Shown: positions 37,581 to 46,575 of the stretch, one piece after another
Layout of the letters: each line of letters starts with the position of its first letter
Position numbering within the stretch: position 1 is the stretch's first letter
NCBI GenBank assembly: GCA_965219575.1
Contig: OZ244779.1
Span: 1,356,769 to 1,420,768 of the forward strand
DNA from: Candidatus Oxydemutatoraceae bacterium
Lineage (GTDB): Bacteria; Pseudomonadota; Gammaproteobacteria; Poriferisulfidales; Oxydemutatoraceae
Direction: 5' to 3'
Length of the DNA: 64,000 nt
The notes under the pieces: generated by a model
Told to the model about the DNA's origin: nothing
Databases searched by the model: none
Seen by the model: the letters and a program-made list of their open reading frames with translations, nothing else
Program-made: the position numbers and the translations under genes

Positions 37581-40055
37581 TTATTGTAGAGGACCTTCTA
37601 AAAATAATTTGATACGCAGCAGAACACCTATAATCACGGTGAGCCCATACCTTTCCGTTGCATTGTTATGCGTCACATCGATGTAGACATTATTTGCTCC
37701 GGAAAATAACGGCATTATGGTGACCGAATCGCCGCTCACAACGACCTGGTTGATTGCGGTGCCGTCATCCGGCGTATAGCGTACCCTGATGGTGCGACCG
37801 GTCAAGACCGTAGGTGTCATCGTAACAGTGGTCATAGTATTTTCCACATTGACATAGTAATCTAAGTTGTCGAGACTAAAATCGGGGTTTAGTTCCAGCA
37901 TTTGTGAGTCTGCTTCCACTATGAGTCCGGTTAAAGTTGCCGTACTCAAGCGTCTTATGAATAAGTTGTAATCCCTCGTAGCCATGCCGTCTGCCGTTGT
38001 TAGCGACACGGTAATCGTATTGTTGCCTACGCTTAGTAGCACCGTACTATTGCGACTACTGTTGTAAGTAATCGTATGTGCGGTACTATCTGCCGTAGCC
38101 GTTATTTCAATTTGGTCTATAGTGTTTGCCACGATTGCTCGGTAATTTATCGTTGCATCCGAGCATGTTATGAAGGTCGGGTTGAGTGATCCCGATGATA
38201 AGGAGAGGGCGGTCAAACAAGGTTCTAATCGCCTCACAGTCAGGGTATATCTTGTCGTTGCTTTATTGTCCGACGTACTTACTGCAATAGTAATGTTATT
38301 GTTTCCTACATTCAGAGGAACTACATCTCCGGTTATAGAATTTCCGTTAACGGTGATGGCAACCCTATGTCCGGTACTATTGGCTGTAGGAGTTAATGTG
38401 ATTCGTTCTATATCGCTGTCTACGGTTGCGATATATCGTGTTGATGCATTACTGCATTGATTTGGATTACCGAAGGTCGGGTTGGGTGATCCCGGTGACA
38501 AGGAGAGAGCGGTCAAGCAGGGCTCTAATCGCCTCACGGTTAGGGTATATCTTGTCGTTGCTTTATTGTCCTGCGTCCTTACGGAAATAACTATGGTATT
38601 ATCTCCCACATTCAAAGGAACTATATTTCCGGTTATAGAATTTCCGTTAGCGGTAATGGTGACCCTATGCCTGGTACTATCGGCTGTGGGAGTTAATGTG
38701 ATTCGTTCTATATCGCTGTCTACGGTTGCGGTATATCGTGTTGATGCATTACTGCATTGATTTGGATTACCGAAGGTCGGGTTGGGTGATCCCGATGATA
38801 AAGAGAGGTCGGTCAAACAGGGCTCTAGTCGTCTCACAGTTAAGATATACCTTGTCGTTGCTCGATTGTCCCGCGTCCCTACGGAAATAACTATGGTATT
38901 GTCTCCCACATTCAAAGGAACTAAATTTTTGGTTGTAGAATTTCCGTTGGCGGTGATGGTAACCCTATGTCCGGCACTATTGGCTGTAGGGGTTAATGTG
39001 ATTCGTTCTATATCGCTGTCTACGGTTGTCGCATACCGAAATCTCTCTCTATTAAAGTCAGGGTTGAGTGTTCCCGTAGATAAAGATAACCCGATCAAAG
39101 CAGGGCTTTGGCGTGATTTAAGTACGGGGTACTGATTAGATGTACCAAAATCCCACACCTCGGTACTCCATCTACGATATATCCCGGTTGCCGCTGTTGG
39201 TGATTGCAATTCCATAGTAGTTTTACCTTGATTGCGGCCACCTCTCGTTATTCCACTCGTATTTATGTCCCAGTAGCTATTCGCAATGCTTCCTTCATTC
39301 TCACCGACTAAACCGCCTACATCCTGATTTCCCGAAACAGAACCTGTCGCATAGCTGTTCGTGATAGTTCCCTCACTATAACCGACTAAACCGCCTATAT
39401 CCTCATTTCCCGAAACAGAATTCGTCGAATAGCTGTTCGCGATGCTTCCTTCACTTTCACCGATTAAACCGCCTACATCCTCGTTTCCCGAAACAGAACC
39501 TGTCGCATAGCTATTCGCAATGCTTCCTTCATTCTCACCGACTAAACCGCCTACACTATTATTTCCTCTGATATGTACATTTAGTAAACCAATACGAGTA
39601 ATTTCGGCCCGGCCTCTTGTACGACCGAACAGACCGATATAATTACTACCACGTCTTTTAATCATAAGACCGGAGATAGTATAGCCGTTGCCGTCAAACC
39701 GCTCTCTGAAAGGGTTTCGAGAATTTCCAATCGGCTGCCAACCTGCTCGCGTAGTCCATCTAGTCCTGTTCGTTGCCGAACTATAGCTAGCACTGTCATT
39801 AAAGTCTAAATCTCTGACTAGTTCGTAACCTACACAACCATTAGATGGACAACCCGAGGTACTCCTGTTTGTCATACGGATTGCATTTAAGTCCTCTAAA
39901 TAGCATATTTCTATCAATCTATCGTTATCATCGTCAACATCAGGAGTGTTGCATGCATCAGGAAGTGCTGTTTGTGCACTTACGGTGCTAAAAAATACGA
40001 TGTAGGATAAAAAAATTAATGTTGTAATCAAACTAGTTTTAACGATTTTTTTCAT
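37581..40055 (-). CDS. Secreted surface protein: GLUG-motif repeats plus five cadherin-like beta-sandwich domains
   Basis: Signal peptide (MKKIV...VSA); YELVRDLDF, GWQPIG, FDGNGYTISGL; VGGLVG.N.G.I.NSY repeats; C-terminal region shared with 8956-12399. Confidence 0.8.
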   Translation of the reverse strand: MKKIVKTSLITTLIFLSYIVFFSTVSAQTALPDACNTPDVDDDNDRLIEICYLEDLNAIRMTNRSTSGCPSNGCVGYELVRDLDFNDSASYSSATNRTRWTTRAGWQPIGNSRNPFRERFDGNGYTISGLMIKRRGSNYIGLFGRTRGRAEITRIGLLNVHIRGNNSVGGLVGENEGSIANSYATGSVSGNEDVGGLIGESEGSIANSYSTNSVSGNEDIGGLVGYSEGTITNSYATGSVSGNQDVGGLVGENEGSIANSYWDINTSGITRGGRNQGKTTMELQSPTAATGIYRRWSTEVWDFGTSNQYPVLKSRQSPALIGLSLSTGTLNPDFNRERFRYATTVDSDIERITLTPTANSAGHRVTITANGNSTTKNLVPLNVGDNTIVISVGTRDNRATTRYILTVRRLEPCLTDLSLSSGSPNPTFGNPNQCSNASTRYTATVDSDIERITLTPTADSTRHRVTITANGNSITGNIVPLNVGDNTIVISVRTQDNKATTRYTLTVRRLEPCLTALSLSPGSPNPTFGNPNQCSNASTRYIATVDSDIERITLTPTANSTGHRVAITVNGNSITGDVVPLNVGNNNITIAVSTSDNKATTRYTLTVRRLEPCLTALSLSSGSLNPTFITCSDATINYRAIVANTIDQIEITATADSTAHTITYNSSRNSTVLLSVGNNTITVSLTTADGMATRDYNLFIRRLSTATLTGLIVEADSQMLELNPDFSLDNLDYYVNVENTMTTVTMTPTVLTGRTIRVRYTPDDGTAINQVVVSGDSVTIMPLFSGANNVYIDVTHNNATERYGLTVIIGVLLRIKLFLEGPLQ
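38233..39105 (-). repeat. About 300-bp in-frame tandem repeats x3 (one cadherin-like domain each)
   Basis: Sequence at 38401-38520 recurs at +300 (38701-38820) almost unchanged. Confidence 0.9.
39275..39553 (-). repeat. 66-bp in-frame GLUG repeats x4
   Basis: CCGACTAAACCGCCTA...TTCCCGAAACAGAA..GTCGCATAGCT recurs with a 66-bp unit; the second copy is shorter. Confidence 0.8.
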
Positions 40056-40196
40056 TAGAGGAGAAACTATGAGCAGTGTAGGATTTTTATGCTTTATTTC
40101 GGAATTTGGTATCGTTGCCTTCTTGTTATTATAGTAAATATAAAGATTTATGTGGAAAATCATCAACTATTATTTTTCACCTATGAGCTAAGGTCG

Positions 40197-40317
40197 GGCA
40201 TGGCAAGTTGTCAAGCAAAAGGCTGATATAATCAACTCATTAATCAATACGAAGTAAGACTTAAATGAAGATAAAGTTATGCAATGCCTAGAATGTGGTA
40301 AAGAGATTTCGCTTTTA
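40197..40317 (+). repeat. Direct duplication of the glycosylase 3' end, intergenic DNA and first ~13 codons of the QueD-like gene
   Basis: GCATGGCAAGTTGT...TTATGCAATGCCTAGAATGTGGYAAAGAGATTTCGCTTTTA matches 40678-40797. Confidence 0.85.
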
Positions 40318-40424
40318 TTGCCGGGAGTGGGTCAACATTGATCGCAGCAAAATTACTAGAACGTCAGTATCTAGGTTTTGAGTCGGATTCGAATTATGTG
40401 AACATCTGTAAAAACAGACTGGTT
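40317..40424 (+). pseudogene. Fragment of a beta-class N4/N6 DNA methyltransferase (C-terminal SAM-binding motif)
   Basis: Translates as IAGSGSTLIAAKLLERQYLGFESDSNYVNICKNRL. Confidence 0.65.
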
Positions 40425-40429
40425 CCGGA

Positions 40430-40597
40430 ACGCGTCGCGCCGGCATGATTTATACATTTATTCATCCAATTTATGGAAACCAAAACCAAATGGCGCAAGC
40501 AGTTGCGGTTATTACGAAGGGCGGACATGTTAGTCCGCCCTCACACATGCAGGTTACGTTGCGGTTGTATAAACATTGCATACTTTTTTAACAGTTC
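40430..40597. repeat. Degenerate MITE module with an empty REP in reverse orientation (40519-40540)
   Basis: GATTTATACAT...ATGGAAACCAAAACCA...GGCGCAAGC; GGGCGGACATGTTAGTCCGCCC. Confidence 0.7.
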
Positions 40598-40617
40598 TAA
40601 ATTCCACATGCCAATAT

Positions 40618-40704
40618 CATAGATTACCCTCTAGTAGTTCGGCGAACGCAACATGGAGTTTAGCCGAGAAATTAAAAGCATGGCAAGTTGTAAAGTAAAA
40701 GGCT
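40618..40704 (+). repeat. Second copy of the glycosylase 3' end (matches about 37462-37547)
   Basis: CATAGATTRCCCTCKAGTAGTYCGGCGAACGCAACATGGAGTTTAGCCGAGAAATTAAA...AAAAGGC. Confidence 0.9.
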
Positions 40705-40758
40705 GATATAATTAGCCAATCAGTCAATACGAGATACGACTTAAATGGAGACAAAGTT

Positions 40759-42000
40759 ATGCAATGCCTAGAATGTGGCAAAGAGATTTCGCTTTTAGAC
40801 AACGAGCACTTGGCACGATGTTGTGGCTTGACGCTACAAGAATACGCACTGCGCCATAAATTGCCGCTGGATATACTCGTGCCACCGTCCCAAATCAATG
40901 CCGGCGACGACCCCGGCGGTTATCGCTATCTAAAAGCAGCGGCTTCGGGTGATGCAAAATTAACCATCGCTGCGTTGGATGCATGCGGTGCGTTGTCCGA
41001 TGACGATAACTTTTACACGATTCACGGTGAAGTTAGGCGCTTAGATTTTTTGTTCTGGTTACGGCAGGCACTGCTTGATTACGGATTTGAGTTTAGACAA
41101 GAATACATCTACAACGACGATACACATCGAGTCGTTGCCTTAAATCGTCTAAAAACTCCGAGACGTTCTTTGGATATCTATGGCACAGAGGAATTGGAGC
41201 GACTGAACGATGCCGATTTCTTAAATTTTGTTGCGCTGAGCATTGCAACCAAAGCGGAACTCCACGGCGAGTATTTATTTTTGCGATACCGCAATACGCA
41301 TTGTGCCGATTGGGTTTGTCGCAGACTAAAAGCGTCGTTTAAGGTTCATCTGATTAGACTCGATGCTATCGGTGGCGACGGTGCATTGTTGCGTAGTAAA
41401 ACGATTGCCGATAGTCGTACATTGCTACACCTGATAGAGTCGATGCTGAACGAACTACCGTGCACCGGTGAGCGTTTTTATCCGACGACACCCGAGGCAT
41501 CGGTCACCAAAGAATTGGTCTTTGATTCCGCGCATTTTATTACCGACCATCCCGGCAATTGCGCCAATCTGCACGGCGGACGCTATAAACTGAATGTGAC
41601 GATTACCGATGTCATCGATCCTTACAATGGCTTCGTAATGGATTACGGTTATTTGAAAACCGTCATAGTACAACGAGTTATCAAAAAACTGGATCATAAA
41701 AACCTGAATCTCAGCGATGCATCGCTGAGTTGGCGGTCGTCCACCGAGATATTGAGTGCATTTATTTGGCAACAATTAATAGACTATTTACCCAATCTTT
41801 CGGAGTTGTTGATTTACGAGACCGACAGTTCGTATTGTCGTTTTAGCGGACCTACCCTGGAAGATTTGCAGAACGGTGCAGAATGCATGCCTTCGGCTTT
41901 TCAGCAAAAGCAGTTAGGACATAATCCCGCACGCAGGCGGGCGTTGAATGCTTTGCATCCGATTCATCTGGATTTAGTAGCAAACGCCGACAAATCATGA
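40759..42000 (+). CDS. QueD/PTPS (T-fold)-like protein with a ~240-aa N-terminal extension starting with a Cys/His zinc-finger-like motif
   Basis: C-terminal part: FDSAHF....GNCANLHGGRY, GFVMDY..LK, LDHKNLN, STE, YET. N-terminus: CLECG...HL..CC. Confidence 0.7.
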   Translation: MQCLECGKEISLLDNEHLARCCGLTLQEYALRHKLPLDILVPPSQINAGDDPGGYRYLKAAASGDAKLTIAALDACGALSDDDNFYTIHGEVRRLDFLFWLRQALLDYGFEFRQEYIYNDDTHRVVALNRLKTPRRSLDIYGTEELERLNDADFLNFVALSIATKAELHGEYLFLRYRNTHCADWVCRRLKASFKVHLIRLDAIGGDGALLRSKTIADSRTLLHLIESMLNELPCTGERFYPTTPEASVTKELVFDSAHFITDHPGNCANLHGGRYKLNVTITDVIDPYNGFVMDYGYLKTVIVQRVIKKLDHKNLNLSDASLSWRSSTEILSAFIWQQLIDYLPNLSELLIYETDSSYCRFSGPTLEDLQNGAECMPSAFQQKQLGHNPARRRALNALHPIHLDLVANADKS

Positions 42001-42665
42001 AATTATTTATAGATAGTGCAGATATAGCAATAATCGAGAAGGCAGCCGCCTCCGGGGTTGTTGACGGTGTGACCACCAATCCGAGCCTGCTTGCCAAAAC
42101 CGGTGTTATCGGACGGGATAAAGCATCTCTGCACGATTATTACGCACGGATTTGTCGAATAGTCGGCGGTGATGTTTCGGCGGAAGTGATTAGCACCGAC
42201 TACGATGCGATGGTAAAAGAAGGGCATGAATTAGCGAGCATAGACCGGCATATAGTCGTTAAGGTGCCGATGACCGAGTCCGGTGTAAAAGCGATAAAAA
42301 CGCTCAAAGAAGCGAATATACGCACTAATTGCACGCTGATATTTTCGGTTGCACAAGCGATGCTCGCAGCGAAAGCGGGTGCATTTTATATTTCACCCTT
42401 TATAGGGCGGTTGGACGATGCCGGGCAAGTCGGCGACGGTATGAGGCTGGTAGAACGAATCTGCGATGTCATTGCGTATTACGGGTTTGCTACCGAAGTC
42501 TTGGCGGCATCGATCAGAAATTTGCAGCATGTAGAGCAGTGCGCAGAGGTCGGTGCGGATGTGGCAACCTGTCCGTATTCCGTATTTGAAGCGATGTTCA
42601 AGCATCCGTTGAGCGATGCCGGCTTAAAAAAATTTCTGAGTGATTATGAAGAAGCAAAAGCCTAA
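41997..42665 (+). CDS. tal: Transaldolase (small TalC/FSA family)
   Basis: FIDSA, GVTTNPSL, VVKVP (Schiff-base Lys); Glu in SAEV and Phe in SPF favour transaldolase over FSA. Confidence 0.85.
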   Translation: MKLFIDSADIAIIEKAAASGVVDGVTTNPSLLAKTGVIGRDKASLHDYYARICRIVGGDVSAEVISTDYDAMVKEGHELASIDRHIVVKVPMTESGVKAIKTLKEANIRTNCTLIFSVAQAMLAAKAGAFYISPFIGRLDDAGQVGDGMRLVERICDVIAYYGFATEVLAASIRNLQHVEQCAEVGADVATCPYSVFEAMFKHPLSDAGLKKFLSDYEEAKA

Positions 42666-43254
42666 AAATAATAAGCAGCAAACGAAGTCCGAAGATAAGC
42701 CTAAAAGTGCCTCCTTCACGGTGCGGGCCGACGGCAAACTGCCGGTGATTATATTCGATGTCGTAATGAGCCCGGCGACACTCGGTGAGAGAAATTACTC
42801 GAACCCCGTTAGGCGTAGATGCAGAGCAATGTGGAGCACCGGTGTCGCACGCTCGCAATTATCCAGAAAACTAATCGAGGAATTAGGACTCGAAGTTATC
42901 GTCAAGGAAGAGAGAGGTAAACAACAATTATTTTATGGCTTGGATGTCTATCTTCCGAACAAAGTACGCATGGCTAAGGTTGAGATGACCGAGATAGAGC
43001 ATGCACTGCCTTACCCGGGTATCGAGTGTATTATCGGAATGGATATCATTTCGATGGGAGATTGTAGCGTGTCTCACAGCGACGGTAATACTTTTTTCTC
43101 TTTTCGTGTGCCGTCCCTGGGCGGCACCGATTATGTAGAACAGTCCAATAAACAAAAAGCATCGCCGCGTTCTCCGACGATGGTGCGGCGTAATCAGATG
43201 TGTCCTTGCGGTAGTGGTAAAAGGTATAAGAACTGTTGTGGTCGCCTAATTTGA
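42640..43254 (+). CDS. Retropepsin-like domain (catalytic Asp absent) plus SEC-C zinc motif
   Basis: AMWSTGV..S.LS in place of ALWDTGA; IIGMDII; C-terminal RNQMCPCGSGKRYKNCCG. Confidence 0.7.
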   Translation: MIMKKQKPKNNKQQTKSEDKPKSASFTVRADGKLPVIIFDVVMSPATLGERNYSNPVRRRCRAMWSTGVARSQLSRKLIEELGLEVIVKEERGKQQLFYGLDVYLPNKVRMAKVEMTEIEHALPYPGIECIIGMDIISMGDCSVSHSDGNTFFSFRVPSLGGTDYVEQSNKQKASPRSPTMVRRNQMCPCGSGKRYKNCCGRLI

Positions 43255-43275
43255 TCCTGCGAATAAATATACGCG

Positions 43276-44724
43276 CTACCTTTCTTCTCTAAATTCTTCC
43301 AAGTCTTTGCGTTTTGCCGCGATGCGGGCGCGTATCGCTTGATGTAGCGTATCGCTTTTTTCGGCAAAGTCAAGTTGGCGTAGTGCAGGTTCTATATAAC
43401 CTTTGGCTGCATAATAATCGGCAAGGTATTCGTGGTATTCGCCGCCTCGTCCGAGTTGCGTAGCCGCTTGTGCACCGAGTTGATAGAATTGCGGGTAATA
43501 CCGATGTAGCGATGCGGCTGCGTTGATTTTCTCTAATGTTTTTTGTGCTTGTCCGTCTTTGAGCAAACACAGTGCTAAATAATAGAGTATGGTTGCTCGC
43601 CCCGGATGTAGGCTATCCAGTTTGTTCAGTACGGTTATGGCTTTGTCCCAATTTCCCATAGTTCTATAGGCATGAGCAAAGGCGAGTTTGACCGGTATAT
43701 GCTGTTGATTAGGGGGGATTTTTTCTAAATACCCGATGGCAAGCTCGGGTAATTGTCTTTCTATAAATACAAGTGCTTTATAGTAGTTTTCGATATTCCT
43801 GTCGTAATGCTCGGTTACCGTGTTAGTTTTTGCGAGTGCGAGTAAGCGAGCTTTTGCGTAATGAAACGCCTCGCTATCCTTGTCGAAATGTCCATGGTAG
43901 CGTTCGTGGTATCGGGCTGCGCGAGTCTGTGCCTCCGAGAGACGAGAGACCGTCAGGGGGTGGGTGCGCAAAAACTCTATTTGCCGGTTCCTCCCTTCCA
44001 TTTTTTGCAGTTTTGCAAAAAATGCCGGCATGCCCGTGGGGTCTAGTTCGGCGGCTGCCATGAGTTGCATACCGAAGCGATCTGCTTCGTATTCAAAGTT
44101 GCGTGTATAGCTCAATCTTCTCTCCACAGGTAATGCAGTGCCGCCGAATAAACTCAATTCTGCCAACTCGGAATTATAGGTGGCAGCAATCAATGCGCCG
44201 ATGACGGCCAGTGTGCCGATGAGAGAACTTTCCTCGGTCAAAGCCTGCAATCTCGCAATGTGACGCTGTGTGACATGTGCTATTTCATGCGCCACGACAC
44301 CTCCCAGTTCACTCTCGGTATCGGCACTCACAATGAGCCCTTCGTTGAATGCCAAGATACCGCCGGGAGTAGCGAAAGCATTGATAGCAGGATTTCTGAC
44401 CGGTAAAAAATGAAAATCCAAAGATTGGTTTTTACTGTGTGCAAGTATCCTTTCTCCCAGATGGCGCAGATAGCTTTGTATTTCTATGTCTTCGATAATC
44501 GGTAATTGAGAGCGCACTTCGGCCAGTATCACTCTGCCTAGCTTTTTTTCTTTGGCAAGGCTCATGGTCGCGTACGAAGGATCGCCGATATCCGGCAAGC
44601 GGTAAGGGTCGGCATGTGCCGATACGCCACATAGGCATAGTAGCAATAAGCACAGCCGTAGTGAATAATAAAATCGTTTTTTGAATTTATTCATTTGATT
44701 ATAAAAGCCTATAAGTAATATCAA
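43276..44724 (-). CDS. bepA: M48 metalloprotease BepA/YfgC with TPRs
   Basis: LPDIG, INAFATPGG, ESEL..V.AHEIAHVTQRH, E.EADR.G, FLRTHP. Confidence 0.88.
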   Translation of the reverse strand: MILLIGFYNQMNKFKKRFYYSLRLCLLLLCLCGVSAHADPYRLPDIGDPSYATMSLAKEKKLGRVILAEVRSQLPIIEDIEIQSYLRHLGERILAHSKNQSLDFHFLPVRNPAINAFATPGGILAFNEGLIVSADTESELGGVVAHEIAHVTQRHIARLQALTEESSLIGTLAVIGALIAATYNSELAELSLFGGTALPVERRLSYTRNFEYEADRFGMQLMAAAELDPTGMPAFFAKLQKMEGRNRQIEFLRTHPLTVSRLSEAQTRAARYHERYHGHFDKDSEAFHYAKARLLALAKTNTVTEHYDRNIENYYKALVFIERQLPELAIGYLEKIPPNQQHIPVKLAFAHAYRTMGNWDKAITVLNKLDSLHPGRATILYYLALCLLKDGQAQKTLEKINAAASLHRYYPQFYQLGAQAATQLGRGGEYHEYLADYYAAKGYIEPALRQLDFAEKSDTLHQAIRARIAAKRKDLEEFREER

Positions 44725-44826
44725 TGATACTACATTTAGATTATAGAATGATTAATAGCAGGCTAATAAGCATAAATAGGGCATAATAGGCATAGATTTC
44801 CTTTTCCATAATTCTGAGCTTATAGT

Positions 44827-46509
44827 ATGACTTTAAATTCTCCAATATATTTACTTCGATACGGTATCGTATCTTTCATTTTGATATTTGCGGCGTCGTG
44901 CGCATCTATGGGTAGCGTAGAACGCGAAACCAAATTGCTCTCTGATCAACTTTACGAACTATTAACCGCCGAAATAGCGATACAGTATCGCGACCCACAA
45001 CAATCTCTGGATCACTATTACAAAGCGGCATTATTGACTCGAGACGCGGAAGTTTATCGCTCGGCGATTGCATTGGCGGTGAGTGTGGAAGATTATCAAA
45101 GAGCAAAGATTTTAGCCGAACACTGGTATACCGTCGACTCCGAGAATACGGAACTCAACAAAGTGATGGCATTGATTTACTTGCAAACCGAAGACTATAC
45201 CGAAGCTTTGGGGCGTATAGAGGTATTGCTTCGCTCCGAGGCAGATTTAGATACTCGGCATGTCTTGCCTATATTAGGACATATAGAATTTGAAAAAAGC
45301 CGTGAAGTACTTGAAAAGCTGGAGCAAGCGGCACCCGAAAACGCTGCCGTTCACTGGTTGAAAGCCTATCTAAACTTTTATTACGGCAATTATCAACAAG
45401 CACTGAACATGATAGACCAGGCTTTGGTATATAACCCCGATTTAGTCAACGCAATTGCATTGAAGGCGGATATATTATTTGCACTGAACGAGGACAAAGT
45501 TGCCCTAGAGTGGTTGAGTCGGCAAGCAACGCTGCAGCCGCAGAGCTTCTTGCTACAAGCCAAGGCGGCCTCGAGCTTACAAAACTACGGGCATACCGTT
45601 CCGGCACGGAGATTTTTTGAGGCGGCATACGACCTTAATTCGGAGCAGGCAACATTCATATTGCAATATGCGATATTCAATATAAGCGAGAAGCGTCTAG
45701 ATGATGCCGAGCGATTGCTGGCGCGTTATTCCGAACTGGGAGGTGAGGCAGAAGTAGCAACTTATTACAAAGCAACGCTTGCCGAGAAGCGTGGCGATTT
45801 ACAGGCTGCAATAAATTATTTCCGTGCCGTCAAATTAGAGGGTTTGCGTTCGGAAGCGGCACTCAATATCGCAAAAATCTATCAAATACAAGGTTTATTC
45901 GAGAAAGCCGACGAGCAGTTTGAAGCGTTACGAGAGTTTAGCGAGAACGAAGGTGAGCAGATACGCTATTACATCGCACAGACGACTGCATTGCGCGAAG
46001 GTGGATTTAAGGAGCGCGCGATACGCTTGTACAACGAAGCAATTGAACGCTATCCCGCCTCGCTGAGTTTACTTTATTCTCGCGGCATGTTGTGGTTGGA
46101 GATGGATCAGTTTAATTTGTTCGAGCAAGATATGGAGCGAGTTATCGAGTTAGACGAAGATAACTGGCAGGCATTGAATGCCTTGGGTTATACGCTCGCC
46201 GACCTGAATCGTCGCTTAGATTATGCGAGTATCTATATACGACGCGCCTACGAGATAAACCCAACCGAACCGGCGGTCATAGATAGCATGGGTTGGCTGG
46301 CATTTCGCCTCAACAACCTGGAACTTGCGGAAAGTTATGTACAAAAGGCTGCTTCGATGTTTCACGATTCCGAGATCTTGGGACACTGGGTTGAAATTTT
46401 ATGGTCTATGCAAAGGGAAGCGGAGGCGACTCGGTTACTCAAAGACGCACTGATAGATTTCCCGGAAAGCGATTATCTGATGCGCTTGTATGAAAAAATA
46501 ATACCCTAA
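44827..46509 (+). CDS. TPR lipoprotein (PA4667-like, normally upstream of lolB)
   Basis: Lipobox AASC, LYELLTAEIA, multiple TPRs, ALNALGYTLAD, IDSMGW. Confidence 0.8.
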   Translation: MTLNSPIYLLRYGIVSFILIFAASCASMGSVERETKLLSDQLYELLTAEIAIQYRDPQQSLDHYYKAALLTRDAEVYRSAIALAVSVEDYQRAKILAEHWYTVDSENTELNKVMALIYLQTEDYTEALGRIEVLLRSEADLDTRHVLPILGHIEFEKSREVLEKLEQAAPENAAVHWLKAYLNFYYGNYQQALNMIDQALVYNPDLVNAIALKADILFALNEDKVALEWLSRQATLQPQSFLLQAKAASSLQNYGHTVPARRFFEAAYDLNSEQATFILQYAIFNISEKRLDDAERLLARYSELGGEAEVATYYKATLAEKRGDLQAAINYFRAVKLEGLRSEAALNIAKIYQIQGLFEKADEQFEALREFSENEGEQIRYYIAQTTALREGGFKERAIRLYNEAIERYPASLSLLYSRGMLWLEMDQFNLFEQDMERVIELDEDNWQALNALGYTLADLNRRLDYASIYIRRAYEINPTEPAVIDSMGWLAFRLNNLELAESYVQKAASMFHDSEILGHWVEILWSMQREAEATRLLKDALIDFPESDYLMRLYEKIIP

Positions 46510-46575
46510 GGCGACGAGGCGCGGTCGTACAACTTTTGAGTAAAATATCGGACTAGCGTTTTTATACTTAAATAG

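Noticed and set aside
37581-39105. Shared repeats between the two cadherin genes as DGR template and variable regions
   Set aside because: No reverse transcriptase in the window, and the differences are not confined to adenines.
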